Shown: positions 27,628-36,790, counted from the stretch's first letter. The stretch is 64,000 nucleotides of DNA from Bacillota bacterium (GCA_023409435.1 JAEYHP010000156.1:2959-66958); one strand, 5' to 3'. The notes: generated by a model not told the origin, from the letters alone. Program-made: numbers and translations.

Positions 27628-28415
27628 TACGCTTCTTCCTCCTCATCGTCGTCTTCGCCCATATATGCCTCGATAACACTGGCATTGTTCTGTACTTCCT
27701 CGGGCGTGCCTTCGGTGAGCAGTTCTCCGAAGTTGAGGACAAAGACTTTATGCGATAGGGTGGTTACTACCTTGATACGGTGCTCAATGAGCAGGATGGT
27801 CAACTTTCTCTGCTCTTTGATTCTGCGGATCAGTTCGATGAACTCCTCAACCTCGACCGGGTTGAGTCCAGCGGCAGGTTCGTCCAGCAGCAGCATTTTC
27901 GGGTTGGAAGCGAGCGCACGCGCAAGCTCAAGCTTACGCTGCATGCCGTAGGGTAGGCAACCCGGGCGCTCGTGGGCAAACTCCCGAAGGCCGACCAGAT
28001 CGAGGCATTCCATCGCAATCTCATAGTTCTTTTTATCCTCTTTTAACTTCGCTGGCAGGCCGAGGATTGCCTGAAAAATATTGTAATCCGCGCGGGCATC
28101 CAGTGCAGACTGGACGTTGCGTACGTTGTCAAGCTGCGAGAACAGGCGGATATTTTGAAAGGTACGGGCCATACCAAGGCGGGAAACCTCATGCTGTTTC
28201 ATGCTGGTAATATTGGTACTGTCAAACATGACCTTGCCCGCGGTAGGCTTGTAGACACCCGAGATAATATTGAAAAAGGTAGTCTTCCCCGCACCGTTAG
28301 GACCGATAATGCTGGTGATGGAGCCCTTTTCAATATCGAGCGTCACGTTCCGAACCGCCTTGACCCCTCCGAAGTTGATCGAGACATTCTCGCAGGATAA
28401 GATATTCTGGTTCAT
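27627..28415 (-). CDS. Liv/HAAT-family ABC ATPase (LivG type)
   Basis: 262-aa ORF with GPNGAGKTT, an LPYGMQRKLELARAL motif and LLLDEPAAGLNP. It ends in the acidic tail GEDDDEEEEA. Confidence 0.9.
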   Translation of the reverse strand: MNQNILSCENVSINFGGVKAVRNVTLDIEKGSITSIIGPNGAGKTTFFNIISGVYKPTAGKVMFDSTNITSMKQHEVSRLGMARTFQNIRLFSQLDNVRNVQSALDARADYNIFQAILGLPAKLKEDKKNYEIAMECLDLVGLREFAHERPGCLPYGMQRKLELARALASNPKMLLLDEPAAGLNPVEVEEFIELIRRIKEQRKLTILLIEHRIKVVTTLSHKVFVLNFGELLTEGTPEEVQNNASVIEAYMGEDDDEEEEA

Positions 28416-29296
28416 TTCATCTCTCCCTTCTTGGCTTTGCCGGAGAGTTTTTCAAGCTGCTTTTTTATCCAGCAATAAATGTCCTTAAACTCATGCTCTC
28501 CGAACAATCCGTTCGGAACAAAGTTGATGATGCCAAGGATGAGAAGGCTCTGGATGAGAGTTCGCAGGGTGCTGGTCGTGCGCAGCATTTCCGTCATCAG
28601 GCTGAAGATCATCGCCATGACCACCGAACCGGAGAGGCTGTTAATGCCGCCGATAAATACGATGCCAATCCATTCGATGGACTTCGCTGCACCGAACGAG
28701 TTTGGATCGATATATGACGTTGCATAAGCCAGCATAGCCCCGGAGAGTGCCGTTAAGCCCCCCGCAAAGACGAACGCAGTCATCTTGACGCGGGTGACAT
28801 TGATGCCCATAGAAGCCGCCGAGATCTCATCGTTCTTGACTGCGATGCACTGACGGCCGAACCTGGAGTCTTTGAAGTTGAGGACAAGATAGCCGACAAC
28901 CGCGAGAATAATAAAGCCGATGACTAGATTGATGTTACGGGGAATCTTATTGATGCCCATGGCGCCACCCGTCACATTGCTGAACGTGTTGAGCACGGCG
29001 ACGATCGCCTCGCCAAATGCCAGAGTAATAAGCGCAACATAGTCTCGCCGCAATTTCATAATCGGGATCCCCACGAGGTATGCGGAAACCATGCCCCCAA
29101 GAACCGCAAGAATTAAAGTAAGCAGAAAGGGTACGCTGGACTTGGTTGCTAAGATACCTACGATATAGGCACCAATGCACATGAAAGATGCCTGGCCCAT
29201 CGAAAAAATGCCGGTCAACCCCATGAGCACGAACATCGATATGACCGCTACCATTGTGATAACTACGTTTAAAATGACCGTTACGTTATAGCTCAT
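28412..29296 (-). CDS. Liv/HAAT-family ABC permease (LivM type)
   Basis: 294-aa polytopic ORF in the LivH-LivM-LivG-LivF gene order. Confidence 0.85.
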   Translation of the reverse strand: MSYNVTVILNVVITMVAVISMFVLMGLTGIFSMGQASFMCIGAYIVGILATKSSVPFLLTLILAVLGGMVSAYLVGIPIMKLRRDYVALITLAFGEAIVAVLNTFSNVTGGAMGINKIPRNINLVIGFIILAVVGYLVLNFKDSRFGRQCIAVKNDEISAASMGINVTRVKMTAFVFAGGLTALSGAMLAYATSYIDPNSFGAAKSIEWIGIVFIGGINSLSGSVVMAMIFSLMTEMLRTTSTLRTLIQSLLILGIINFVPNGLFGEHEFKDIYCWIKKQLEKLSGKAKKGEMK

Positions 29297-29308
29297 CCTC
29301 CTCGCCCC

Positions 29309-30190
29309 CTAAACTTTCTCTTTCGTAAACTTGCCGCTGATTCCCTGTGGGCGGAGAATTAGGAAGATAATCGCAAACAGGAATGTGAATGCAGGCTGCA
29401 GGCTGGAACCAACAAAGTTGGTCATAAAGATCTCCATCACGCCTAGGAGCAGGCCTCCGTAAAGCGCGCCGCTGATATTTCCGAGGCCGCCGAGAATGGA
29501 AGCAGTCATACCTTTCATGACAAGATCCTTCAGTTGGGGATATAACAGATATTTCATGCCGCACAGAACGCCCGCAACCGCCCCAAGAACACCTGAAATG
29601 AAGAAAGTGAGCGCGATGACCCTGGAAACGTTGACCCCCATAAGCTTGGCTGCTTCGCTATCCATGGACAGGGCACGGATCGAAATGCCCAGCCTGGTTT
29701 TATACAGAACAAACATCAAGATCATGATACCGATTGAGGATAACACGAGCATGATGACATCGGTAACACCTATGGTAAGATTGGGTGTGAGCTGAAAGAA
29801 TTTCTGGGAGAAAAAGCCGGGATACGAATAATAGGTACTCGAGAAAGTGATGACGATGATGTTCTGGAGAAATATGCCCAGGTTCGAAGAGGATACAAAG
29901 AACAGCATCGTGCTGCCTTTTATTCTCCTCAACCGTTCAAAGCCAATATACTGCGCCAGGCAGGAAAGCAAACCGCCGAAAACCACCGTGATGGCGATCA
30001 TCGGGACAAAGCCGAGGTCAAACTGGTTGGTAATGATGTATCCGAAATAAGCGGATACGACCATTACGCCGCCGTGTGAAAAGTTGGAAAACTTCAGAAT
30101 GCTGAAGATCAGCGTGAAGCCGAGCGCTATGATCGAATAAACGGAGCCAAGGGCAATGCCGTTTATCAGCAATTGGATGTAATATGTCAT
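29309..30190 (-). CDS. Liv/HAAT-family ABC permease (LivH type)
   Basis: I trimmed the track ORF to the ATG at 30188-30190 (MTYYIQLLINGIALGSVYSIIALG), which follows a GGAGGGG RBS. Confidence 0.85.
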   Translation of the reverse strand: MTYYIQLLINGIALGSVYSIIALGFTLIFSILKFSNFSHGGVMVVSAYFGYIITNQFDLGFVPMIAITVVFGGLLSCLAQYIGFERLRRIKGSTMLFFVSSSNLGIFLQNIIVITFSSTYYSYPGFFSQKFFQLTPNLTIGVTDVIMLVLSSIGIMILMFVLYKTRLGISIRALSMDSEAAKLMGVNVSRVIALTFFISGVLGAVAGVLCGMKYLLYPQLKDLVMKGMTASILGGLGNISGALYGGLLLGVMEIFMTNFVGSSLQPAFTFLFAIIFLILRPQGISGKFTKEKV

Positions 30191-30223
30191 GTGAAATTTC
30201 CCCTCCACCTTTGTAGAGAATAT

Positions 30224-30259
30224 GGTGGTGAAGCGCCGGCTACAGAGCGCTTCACCACC
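30224..30259 (-). other. 13-bp GC-rich hairpin between the substrate-binding-protein and permease genes
   Basis: The stem is GGTGGTGAAGCGC...GCGCTTCACCACC with no U-tract. It is probably an mRNA-stabilising or attenuating element. Confidence 0.5.
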
Positions 30260-30295
30260 GCAACTCAACGACTTAAGGTTCTTTAATAGGAAAGC

Positions 30296-31555
30296 TTACG
30301 GCTTGAGATAGCCCTTGTACTCGAGAGTACCTTTTGTGATTTCATAGACTGCCATGCCAAGTCCCTCAGGAGAGTGGGTCTTGCCGCTTTGAATGTAATT
30401 ATCGGTGCACAGGAGGCTCAAACCGTTGATGCTATTCTCCATTGCGTTCTTGATGGCGTCACGGTCCGCGGATCCCGCAGTCTTAATCGCGGCGGCGATG
30501 ATTTGAACGGTGTCATAACCATTGACTGCCTTGATGGTTGCAGGTTCGCCGAAACGGGCCTCATAGTTTTTGCAGAAGTCGGTCAGGCGGGGATCCTGCA
30601 TGTAAGCGGAGGATTGAAAGTAGGCCTTGGAAATAATCGTCGGATCGGAAAGCAGGGAGAGGAACGGATCGTTCATATCCATTGCGCCCGCATAAGGGAT
30701 GTCAAGGCCAAGCTGGTTCGCCTGTTGAACCATGATGGTGAGCTGGGCGGTGGGGTTGGGCGTGTAAATGAACTCAGCGCCGCTGCTCTTGATCTTGGAA
30801 AGCTGGGTAGTGAAATCCTGGTCGGCGGAGTTGCAGGTCTGCTGGATGGTAACTTCCTTGCCAAGCTTTTCCCACTCTGTGATAAAGCCATTAATATTCG
30901 CAACCGCATATGCGTTGGCTTGATCATAGAAGATAGCCGCCTTGGTCAGATCGGTGTTCTGGTTCAGATAGTTCGCAATAATTGCAGCCTGCTGCGGAGC
31001 ATTGCACTGGGCGGTAAGGAACATATACGGGTAGGCCTCGCCGTTGCCTTCGGTATCCATCACCGCTCGGGGATCGGAGGGCATTCCACAGGCAACAACT
31101 CCCTTTTCGGTGCTGACCTCAATAAGGGACATGCAGATTGAACTTGCATCGGGTACGACAATCGCACTGGCTTTATCAACGTCAGCCAGACGGGTATAGG
31201 CGTTAATGGATTCCTGGGAGTCGTTCTTATTGTCATAAGAAACAAACTTGATCTGTTTGCCAAGAAGACCACCGGCTGCATTGATTTCCTCAATCGCAAG
31301 GATTGCGCCATTGTTGATCGCGTTGCCCGTAACCGAACGGTTGCCGGTCAGGTCGTTGATACCGCCGATGACGATGACATCACCACCACTTGCAGCATTG
31401 TTGCCGGCCGGAGCCCCGTTGGTGGCCGGAGCTTCGGTGCTGGCCGGAGCCTCGTTGGTGGCCGGAGCGTTGTTGGCGCCCGTGTTGCCGCTGCAAGCGG
31501 TAAACACTCCCAAAACCAGGGTCAGGACGAGTGCCAGAGCCAAAAGTTTTTTCAT
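30296..31555 (-). CDS. Liv-type (Peripla_BP_6) substrate-binding lipoprotein; ligand unknown
   Basis: I trimmed the track ORF to the ATG at 31553-31555. The N-terminus is MKKLLALALVLTLVLGVFTAC (lipobox), followed by a repetitive APATNEAPASTEAPATNGAP tether. Confidence 0.85.
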   Translation of the reverse strand: MKKLLALALVLTLVLGVFTACSGNTGANNAPATNEAPASTEAPATNGAPAGNNAASGGDVIVIGGINDLTGNRSVTGNAINNGAILAIEEINAAGGLLGKQIKFVSYDNKNDSQESINAYTRLADVDKASAIVVPDASSICMSLIEVSTEKGVVACGMPSDPRAVMDTEGNGEAYPYMFLTAQCNAPQQAAIIANYLNQNTDLTKAAIFYDQANAYAVANINGFITEWEKLGKEVTIQQTCNSADQDFTTQLSKIKSSGAEFIYTPNPTAQLTIMVQQANQLGLDIPYAGAMDMNDPFLSLLSDPTIISKAYFQSSAYMQDPRLTDFCKNYEARFGEPATIKAVNGYDTVQIIAAAIKTAGSADRDAIKNAMENSINGLSLLCTDNYIQSGKTHSPEGLGMAVYEITKGTLEYKGYLKP

Positions 31556-31695
31556 GTTCTTCTCTCCTTTTATGTTTTTTTGCCAGAATGTATGATCTGA
31601 GCAAGATTGTTTCTGATAAAGCCGCAGCAACCTCCCCGTCGCTACAGTAGGAATTGCAGAGGTTTACTGTTGTTCTGACTCACGTCAAACGGGAC

Positions 31696-32889
31696 TTAGA
31701 ATAGATTAGATTCACGGAATTTAGCAATTTCCTCGTCGCTGTAACCCAAACCGTGGAGTATTTCGTTGTTATGCTGACCCAGCAACGGGGCGGGGCGGCG
31801 AATGGTCGTGGGTGTTTCGCTGAACTCGATCGGCGTGCCGATCGCCTTGTATGTGCCGGCGAGAGGGTGCCCAATCTCCTTAATGATGCCGTTGTGAATG
31901 ACCTGAGGATCGTTCACAACATCCTCATAATTGTTGACTTTCGCGCACCAGAAGCCGACTTCTCGGAACTTCTCAACCCAGTATTCAGTGTCCTGCTTAA
32001 CAAGAGCAGTCTCAATAATATCATGCAGTTTGTCGCGATCTCTCATCATGACCTTCTTGTTGGGCATAAGCTCTTCAAGGTTGTCGATGCCAATGAGTTC
32101 CCCGAAAAGTTTCACTTTCTCGGAGGCGTTTGTCGCCATGCACATCCAGCCGTTTTGGGTCTTATAGATGCCATATGGCGACTCCTGCAAGAAGTGGCCG
32201 GAGTGGTTCTTTGGCCTCTTAGGCTGGACACCGGTGTTGAGATAATAAGCAATTTCTTGCGACTGCATGTGGATACCGGAATTGAGCAAATTCACCTCAA
32301 CCTTTTGCCCTTTGCCTGTCTCACGGGCGCTGATGACGGCGGCAAGCACGCCCACCGTAAGCATCATCGCACTGTACATGTCAACGGCATAGATGCCGCC
32401 CGTAATCGGCCGGCCATCCTGATCGGGCCCGATAATTGTGGTTAAACCGCTCATGCACTGCGCAAGAAGGTCCTGGCCGGGGAGCTTGGCATAGGGGCCG
32501 GAGCTGCCATAACCGAGCGCCTCACAGTAGATGATACGGGGGTTGATATTTTTTGCGTCTTCGTATCCAAAACCTAGCTTATCAAGCGTGCCGGGACGAT
32601 AATTCGTTACGACAACGTCGACATCCTTGAGAAGCTTGTGCACGATCTCCTTTGCGTCTGGGCTTTTGAGGTCCAGCGACAGGCTGCGCTTGTTGCGGTT
32701 CATGGCGAGGAAGAACGGGCTTTCGCCGCCAAGACTCTCCTGAGCCAAAAACGTACGGTTGAAGTCGCCTACGCCAGGACGTTCAACATTGATGATGTCC
32801 GCCCCAAGGTCTCCGAGCAGTTGAAGAGAAAAAGGAGCCTGCGCAAAATGCGTAAATCCAAGAATTTTTACTCCGTCCAGTGCGCCCAT
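31696..32889 (-). CDS. Type III (CaiB/BaiF-family) CoA-transferase
   Basis: 397-aa ORF. The N-terminus LDGVKILGFTHFAQAPFSLQLLGDLGADIINVERP is a family hallmark. Confidence 0.88.
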   Translation of the reverse strand: MGALDGVKILGFTHFAQAPFSLQLLGDLGADIINVERPGVGDFNRTFLAQESLGGESPFFLAMNRNKRSLSLDLKSPDAKEIVHKLLKDVDVVVTNYRPGTLDKLGFGYEDAKNINPRIIYCEALGYGSSGPYAKLPGQDLLAQCMSGLTTIIGPDQDGRPITGGIYAVDMYSAMMLTVGVLAAVISARETGKGQKVEVNLLNSGIHMQSQEIAYYLNTGVQPKRPKNHSGHFLQESPYGIYKTQNGWMCMATNASEKVKLFGELIGIDNLEELMPNKKVMMRDRDKLHDIIETALVKQDTEYWVEKFREVGFWCAKVNNYEDVVNDPQVIHNGIIKEIGHPLAGTYKAIGTPIEFSETPTTIRRPAPLLGQHNNEILHGLGYSDEEIAKFRESNLF

Positions 32890-33377
32890 TATTCTGCCTC
32901 CGCCGTTTTGTCTTCTTGGCCATCAAACGCCGAGCGACGGCCAATATACTGCTTGTCTATATAGAAGATGACCGTCTCGCCGCGCTGATTTACGACGTTC
33001 ACGTTCCATGTTACGACGCCAAACTGATCGTTCTTAACGGTTTGATCAATGACTTCTGTCTCGCAGTGGACCGTATCACCGGGATAGGTCGGCTTTACAA
33101 AGCGAACCTTGTCCATGCCATAGTGGATGGAGGGAACCTTGGACGGAGTAATCTCCTTGGCGAAAAAGCCGTCCGCGACGCCAAGAATCAGATCCCCTTG
33201 TAGGATGCAGCCGGTGACCGACGGGTGCTTTTCGCAATATTCCGCGTCGACATGCACCGGATGGGTATTGTCCGAGCAGCCGATAAACAAGCGGATATCT
33301 GCTTCGGTCATCGTTCTGCCGCTGGTCTTCTGCTTTTGGCCGACAGTATAATCTTCAAAATATTTATAGCCCGGCAT
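32889..33377 (-). CDS. MaoC-like (R)-specific enoyl-CoA hydratase/dehydratase (hot-dog fold)
   Basis: The ATG at 33375-33377 follows an AAAGGGG RBS; the track start is a TTG. The N-terminus is MPGYKYFEDYTVGQ...TMTEADIRLF. The stop overlaps the CoA-transferase ATG by 1 nt. Confidence 0.8.
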   Translation of the reverse strand: MPGYKYFEDYTVGQKQKTSGRTMTEADIRLFIGCSDNTHPVHVDAEYCEKHPSVTGCILQGDLILGVADGFFAKEITPSKVPSIHYGMDKVRFVKPTYPGDTVHCETEVIDQTVKNDQFGVVTWNVNVVNQRGETVIFYIDKQYIGRRSAFDGQEDKTAEAE

Positions 33378-33400
33378 GATAATCGCCCCTTTCAAACGAG

Positions 33401-34753
33401 TTATTTCTCAGGAATGAGCACGTTCTGTGCCCTAAGCTGACTTTGAAGCTTTTTGACATCAATTTCTTTAACGTCCTTGCCCTCCTTAACCGCCAGCGCC
33501 GCAGCCACACCACACGCTTCGCCCATGAGCATTGCAGTCGGAATGACGCGCAGCATCTCAATGGCACCGAAATCGCCCGAGATGCAGCGACCGGCCACAA
33601 GCAGGCCTTTGATCGTCTTGGGGAGAAAGCAACGATAAGGGACTTCCTTTAAATTATCATCCGTGCTGAACTGCTTATACGGGGGCTGCGCAACAACAAC
33701 CGCATCATCGAACTGTGCGCCTGCCATAAGCTCTTTGCGTGTAATCGTGTATTCACCATCCAGCATACGGCTGCTACGTGTACCAACCTGAGGTGCCGTG
33801 TCAATCACGCAAGCGTGCTCAAACCCGGGGACGTTCGCTTTAAAGTATTCAATGGTGCGCATCATCGCCTGACGAATCTCTATTTCCACGCGGGTGAGAT
33901 CCTCAATATCTACCGCGCTGCCCTTGAGAGTTGTGTTGAACCATACGACGTTGCTGATGCTACTTCTCATGTAAAAGCCCATCGGCAGTTCGCCGAAGCT
34001 ATAGCCGCCTTGCACGCCTTTGATGCGCTTCAGGTCATTTGTGATCCTTTCGCCGTTCTCGGCAATTGCGAGGAATTCCTCTGCCTTCTCGCTATCCACG
34101 TTCGCAACACGGAAGACAAGTCCCAGCGGTAGGTTGCCCGTGTTATAATTTTCCCCCGCAGTATAGAATACATCTCCATCGCCGGTGCAGTCGATGACAA
34201 CTTTTGCAAGAACAGCCTTGCGGCCTGATTTGGACTCGAAGATCGCGCCCTTGGCAACGCCGTCCTGGATATATGCCTTGCTGAACCACGCATGAAGCAG
34301 CAGCTGGACGCCCGCCTCAAGCGCCATATCGTTCGCGACGCATTTCATCATTTCGGGATCCACGACCGGGCTGTAGCGGACGATTTTGTCCTCACCGCCA
34401 GTGCCGCCATATCTGCGCCACAGTAAAATGTCATCCATGTTGGAAGATCCCCAGCACTCCTTGGGTTGTTCAATAATGCCGTCAACTTTACGCAGACGCT
34501 TAATCATCTCTTCAACAAGCCCTTTGATCACAAGATTCCCTTTTCCGTCGCACAGGCAATCAAGCAATAGTACATAGCCGCCCGTCGCCATACCACCAAG
34601 ATAGCCATACCGCTCCATCAAGATAACTTTGGCGCCGTTCCGCGCCGCACTAATTGCCGCACATATACCCGCCGGGCCACCACCTACGACCAGTACATCT
34701 GCTTCAACGTGAACTTCAATCTGCTGTCTTTCTTCTACAATAAACTTTTTCAC
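33401..34753 (-). CDS. FAD-dependent oxidoreductase (GIDA/FAD_oxidored-like)
   Basis: 450-aa ORF with the dinucleotide-binding motif DVLVVGGGPAGICAAISAARNGAKV. The apparent start is the GTG at 34751-34753. Confidence 0.8.
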   Translation of the reverse strand: MKKFIVEERQQIEVHVEADVLVVGGGPAGICAAISAARNGAKVILMERYGYLGGMATGGYVLLLDCLCDGKGNLVIKGLVEEMIKRLRKVDGIIEQPKECWGSSNMDDILLWRRYGGTGGEDKIVRYSPVVDPEMMKCVANDMALEAGVQLLLHAWFSKAYIQDGVAKGAIFESKSGRKAVLAKVVIDCTGDGDVFYTAGENYNTGNLPLGLVFRVANVDSEKAEEFLAIAENGERITNDLKRIKGVQGGYSFGELPMGFYMRSSISNVVWFNTTLKGSAVDIEDLTRVEIEIRQAMMRTIEYFKANVPGFEHACVIDTAPQVGTRSSRMLDGEYTITRKELMAGAQFDDAVVVAQPPYKQFSTDDNLKEVPYRCFLPKTIKGLLVAGRCISGDFGAIEMLRVIPTAMLMGEACGVAAALAVKEGKDVKEIDVKKLQSQLRAQNVLIPEK

Positions 34754-34853
34754 TTTTTATTTGGCTCTCCTAATTAATTGGTTTCCGTTTGATTGGCTCT
34801 TCTGTTTGATTGACCCGTTTGAATAGTCGCGCATAGCATAATTGGAATTTCGA

Positions 34854-34879
34854 ATGTAACTGTATGTAATCTGTTACAT
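34854..34879. promoter_or_regulatory. Candidate LacI-type operator (inverted ATGTAAC boxes)
   Basis: ATGTAAC (34854-34860) and GTTACAT (34873-34879) form an inverted repeat immediately downstream of the putative minus-strand -10 box. Confidence 0.4.
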
Positions 34880-34881
34880 AA

Positions 34882-34910
34882 ATATTATCATGCTGTTTCG
34901 GATTTTACAA
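34882..34910 (-). promoter_or_regulatory. Putative promoter of the FAD-oxidoreductase operon
   Basis: On the minus strand, a TTGTAA -35 box (34905-34910) is followed by a 17-nt spacer and an extended -10 box, TGaTAATAT (34882-34890). Confidence 0.4.
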
Positions 34911-35145
34911 TACCAAAATGCACGTTTTTTTATTTGGAAATTTTTAATTGAATAAGGGGATGAATAGTTAGATGCCCTATCCTAAAACTGGGGGACGGCT
35001 CTCGGTTGAACCGGTATTGAGCCAAACATCCAGCATTTTAGCACCATCTATTCCTCAAGGCGAGCATCCGCCGCTAATCCACCCCCTTAGCTTCTCAATG
35101 TGACGAACCAAAAAATACGTATTCTCCTGTTGTACAAAAATAACG

Positions 35146-35174
35146 TTGACAACCCCTTCCACGCCTACTATCAT
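35146..35174 (+). promoter_or_regulatory. Putative promoter of the lacI-family gene
   Basis: A TTGACA -35 box (35146-35151) is followed by a 17-nt spacer and a TATCAT -10 box (35169-35174). Confidence 0.5.
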
Positions 35175-35178
35175 AATA

Positions 35179-35205
35179 ATGTAACACATATGTAACTACG
35201 TTGTA
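35179..35205. promoter_or_regulatory. Candidate LacI-type operator boxes
   Basis: ATGTAAC occurs at 35179-35185 and 35190-35196. The imperfect palindrome TGTAAC-tac-GTTGTA lies at 35191-35205, right after the -10 box. Confidence 0.4.
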
Positions 35206-35235
35206 GAATTTCGATAGTTAGAGGCTTAATGTTTC

Positions 35236-36276
35236 ATGAATATTAGAGAAATTGCAACTCTGGCTGAAACATCCGTTGCTACGGTGTCGCGTGTGATCAA
35301 CAATGACGACTATGTCTCTGATGAGACGCGCAAGCGGGTGTTGGAAGTAATTGAATCAACGGGCTACAAGCCAAATCTTGTCGGTCGGGCGCTGCGTTCG
35401 CAGCGAAGCGGAAAGATTCTGGTACTCCTCCCCTCCATCTCCAACCCGTACTATTCCCGCGTACTTCAAGGAGTGGAGCATCGCGCAAGCGCCTTTGGAT
35501 ACGATACTCTCGCCTGCATCACTCACCGTGACCCTGCTTCCGAGACACGGTATCTGGACTTCCTGCGCACCAAGCAGGTGGACGGCGTAATTGGCTTTAC
35601 CAGCTCTCTTTCTGCCGAAAAGATACTCAAATTTGCAACGAAGTATCCGTATGTACAGTGCGGTGCGCGCACGAGCGGAGCAGGTATCTGCTACACCTGT
35701 ATTGACAACGTCGCAGCAGCAGAAGAAGCGATTGAATACTTCATTAAAACCGGCCACACACGCATCGCGTTTGTCAATGGAATGTTCGACCGTCCATATG
35801 AGCAGGACCGTGAAGTCGGTTATAAAAACATGCTGCTGAAATATGACATTCCATTCCGAAAGGAATATTTGCTCGGATGTGATTATAACTACAGCAGCGG
35901 CTATGATAGTTGCAAGGCACTCATGTCCCTACCTGAACCGCCGACAGCAATCTTCACTTCAAGCGATCAGACTGCCGCGGGCGTAACCAAATATCTGCTC
36001 AAGGTTGGTAAAACTCCGGGAAAAGATGTCGATGTGATCGGATTTGACGGCACTTACCTTTCCGACATGTGTACGCCAGCGATTTCATCGGTCGACCAAC
36101 CCGGCTACGACATGGGCAAGACTTCATTCGACCTGCTTTACGAGCGGATCACAGACCCGAAATCTATTGTCAAACGGGTTGTAATGGCCCACAAGATAAC
36201 CCATAAGGAGACGACGCGTCCGTTGCCCGACGCTGACAGATCTTCTGCCTTAAAGCGAGAAGAAAGGCATATATAG
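35236..36276 (+). CDS. LacI/GalR-family transcriptional regulator
   Basis: 346-aa ORF starting MNIREIATLAETSVATVSRVINN (HTH), followed by a periplasmic-binding-protein-like sensor domain. Confidence 0.92.
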   Translation: MNIREIATLAETSVATVSRVINNDDYVSDETRKRVLEVIESTGYKPNLVGRALRSQRSGKILVLLPSISNPYYSRVLQGVEHRASAFGYDTLACITHRDPASETRYLDFLRTKQVDGVIGFTSSLSAEKILKFATKYPYVQCGARTSGAGICYTCIDNVAAAEEAIEYFIKTGHTRIAFVNGMFDRPYEQDREVGYKNMLLKYDIPFRKEYLLGCDYNYSSGYDSCKALMSLPEPPTAIFTSSDQTAAGVTKYLLKVGKTPGKDVDVIGFDGTYLSDMCTPAISSVDQPGYDMGKTSFDLLYERITDPKSIVKRVVMAHKITHKETTRPLPDADRSSALKREERHI

Positions 36277-36304
36277 ATACTAGCCGGGCTCATGAAATAG
36301 AAAG

Positions 36305-36342
36305 ACGCCATCCATCTGCCTATACAGATAAATGGCGTTTTC
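36305..36342 (+). terminator. Intrinsic terminator after lacI
   Basis: The stem is ACGCCATCCATCTG...CAGATAAATGGCGT (2 mismatches) followed by TTTT. Confidence 0.65.
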
Positions 36343-36657
36343 ATAATGAACAAATCAATCAACGGTCAGGCTGCTTTGCATATTTTTTTGAATGTGTCAT
36401 GTTTTTCCGGTGTTGTTATAGGCCGTACTATAAGGCACTTTCTTCAAAATGTCTTACTCTGGCGATATTGTTCTCCACCAGACCCGTTAACCGGCTAGGT
36501 TAGCGGTTTTTTTGTTTCTATGTTACCCTGCATAAAATGCTGTTGCATGTCGGCGAATGATTTCTGCCGGTTATTTGGTTGCCTTGACATATTCCGCGCC
36601 ATAGAATCCTGTTTATCTCAGGGTTAAACACAACACGAAGTTTGTATAGCGCGTTTT

Positions 36658-36671
36658 TGTTTCATGAAACA
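36658..36671. promoter_or_regulatory. Perfect 14-bp palindrome TGTTTCATGAAACA (distal operator candidate)
   Basis: It is an exact palindrome and is identical to the copy at 36791-36804. Confidence 0.5.
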
Positions 36672-36733
36672 ATATCATTCAAAGCATTCAAATTATACAA
36701 GAAAATATGGCAGAAATCTTAGGAATAATTCTA

Positions 36734-36762
36734 TTGACAGCATATATTGTTCATACTATACT
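36734..36762 (+). promoter_or_regulatory. Putative promoter of the kinase-lacI-GH4-ABC-PHP operon
   Basis: A TTGACA -35 box (36734-36739) is followed by a 17-nt spacer and a TATACT -10 box (36757-36762). Confidence 0.55.
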
Positions 36763-36790
36763 AATGGCGACGATATGGAACACATCATTA

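Noticed and set aside
27630-27659. Poly-acidic tail (GEDDDEEEEA) on the LivG-type ATPase.
   Set aside because: This is a low-complexity tail with no functional inference that I can support.
34972-35103. 43-codon ORF (MPYPKTGGRLSVEPVLSQ...) with an AAGGGGA upstream, in a locally GC-richer patch of the lacI/operon intergenic region.
   Set aside because: It is too short and featureless to support from sequence alone. It may be a gene remnant. Ribosome profiling or conservation data would be needed.
36489-36512. Possible orphan terminator or small RNA (AACCG...CGGTT followed by T7) downstream of lacI.
   Set aside because: The stem is only 5 bp, with two A-U pairs, and there is no convincing upstream promoter. 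It is probably a chance T-run.
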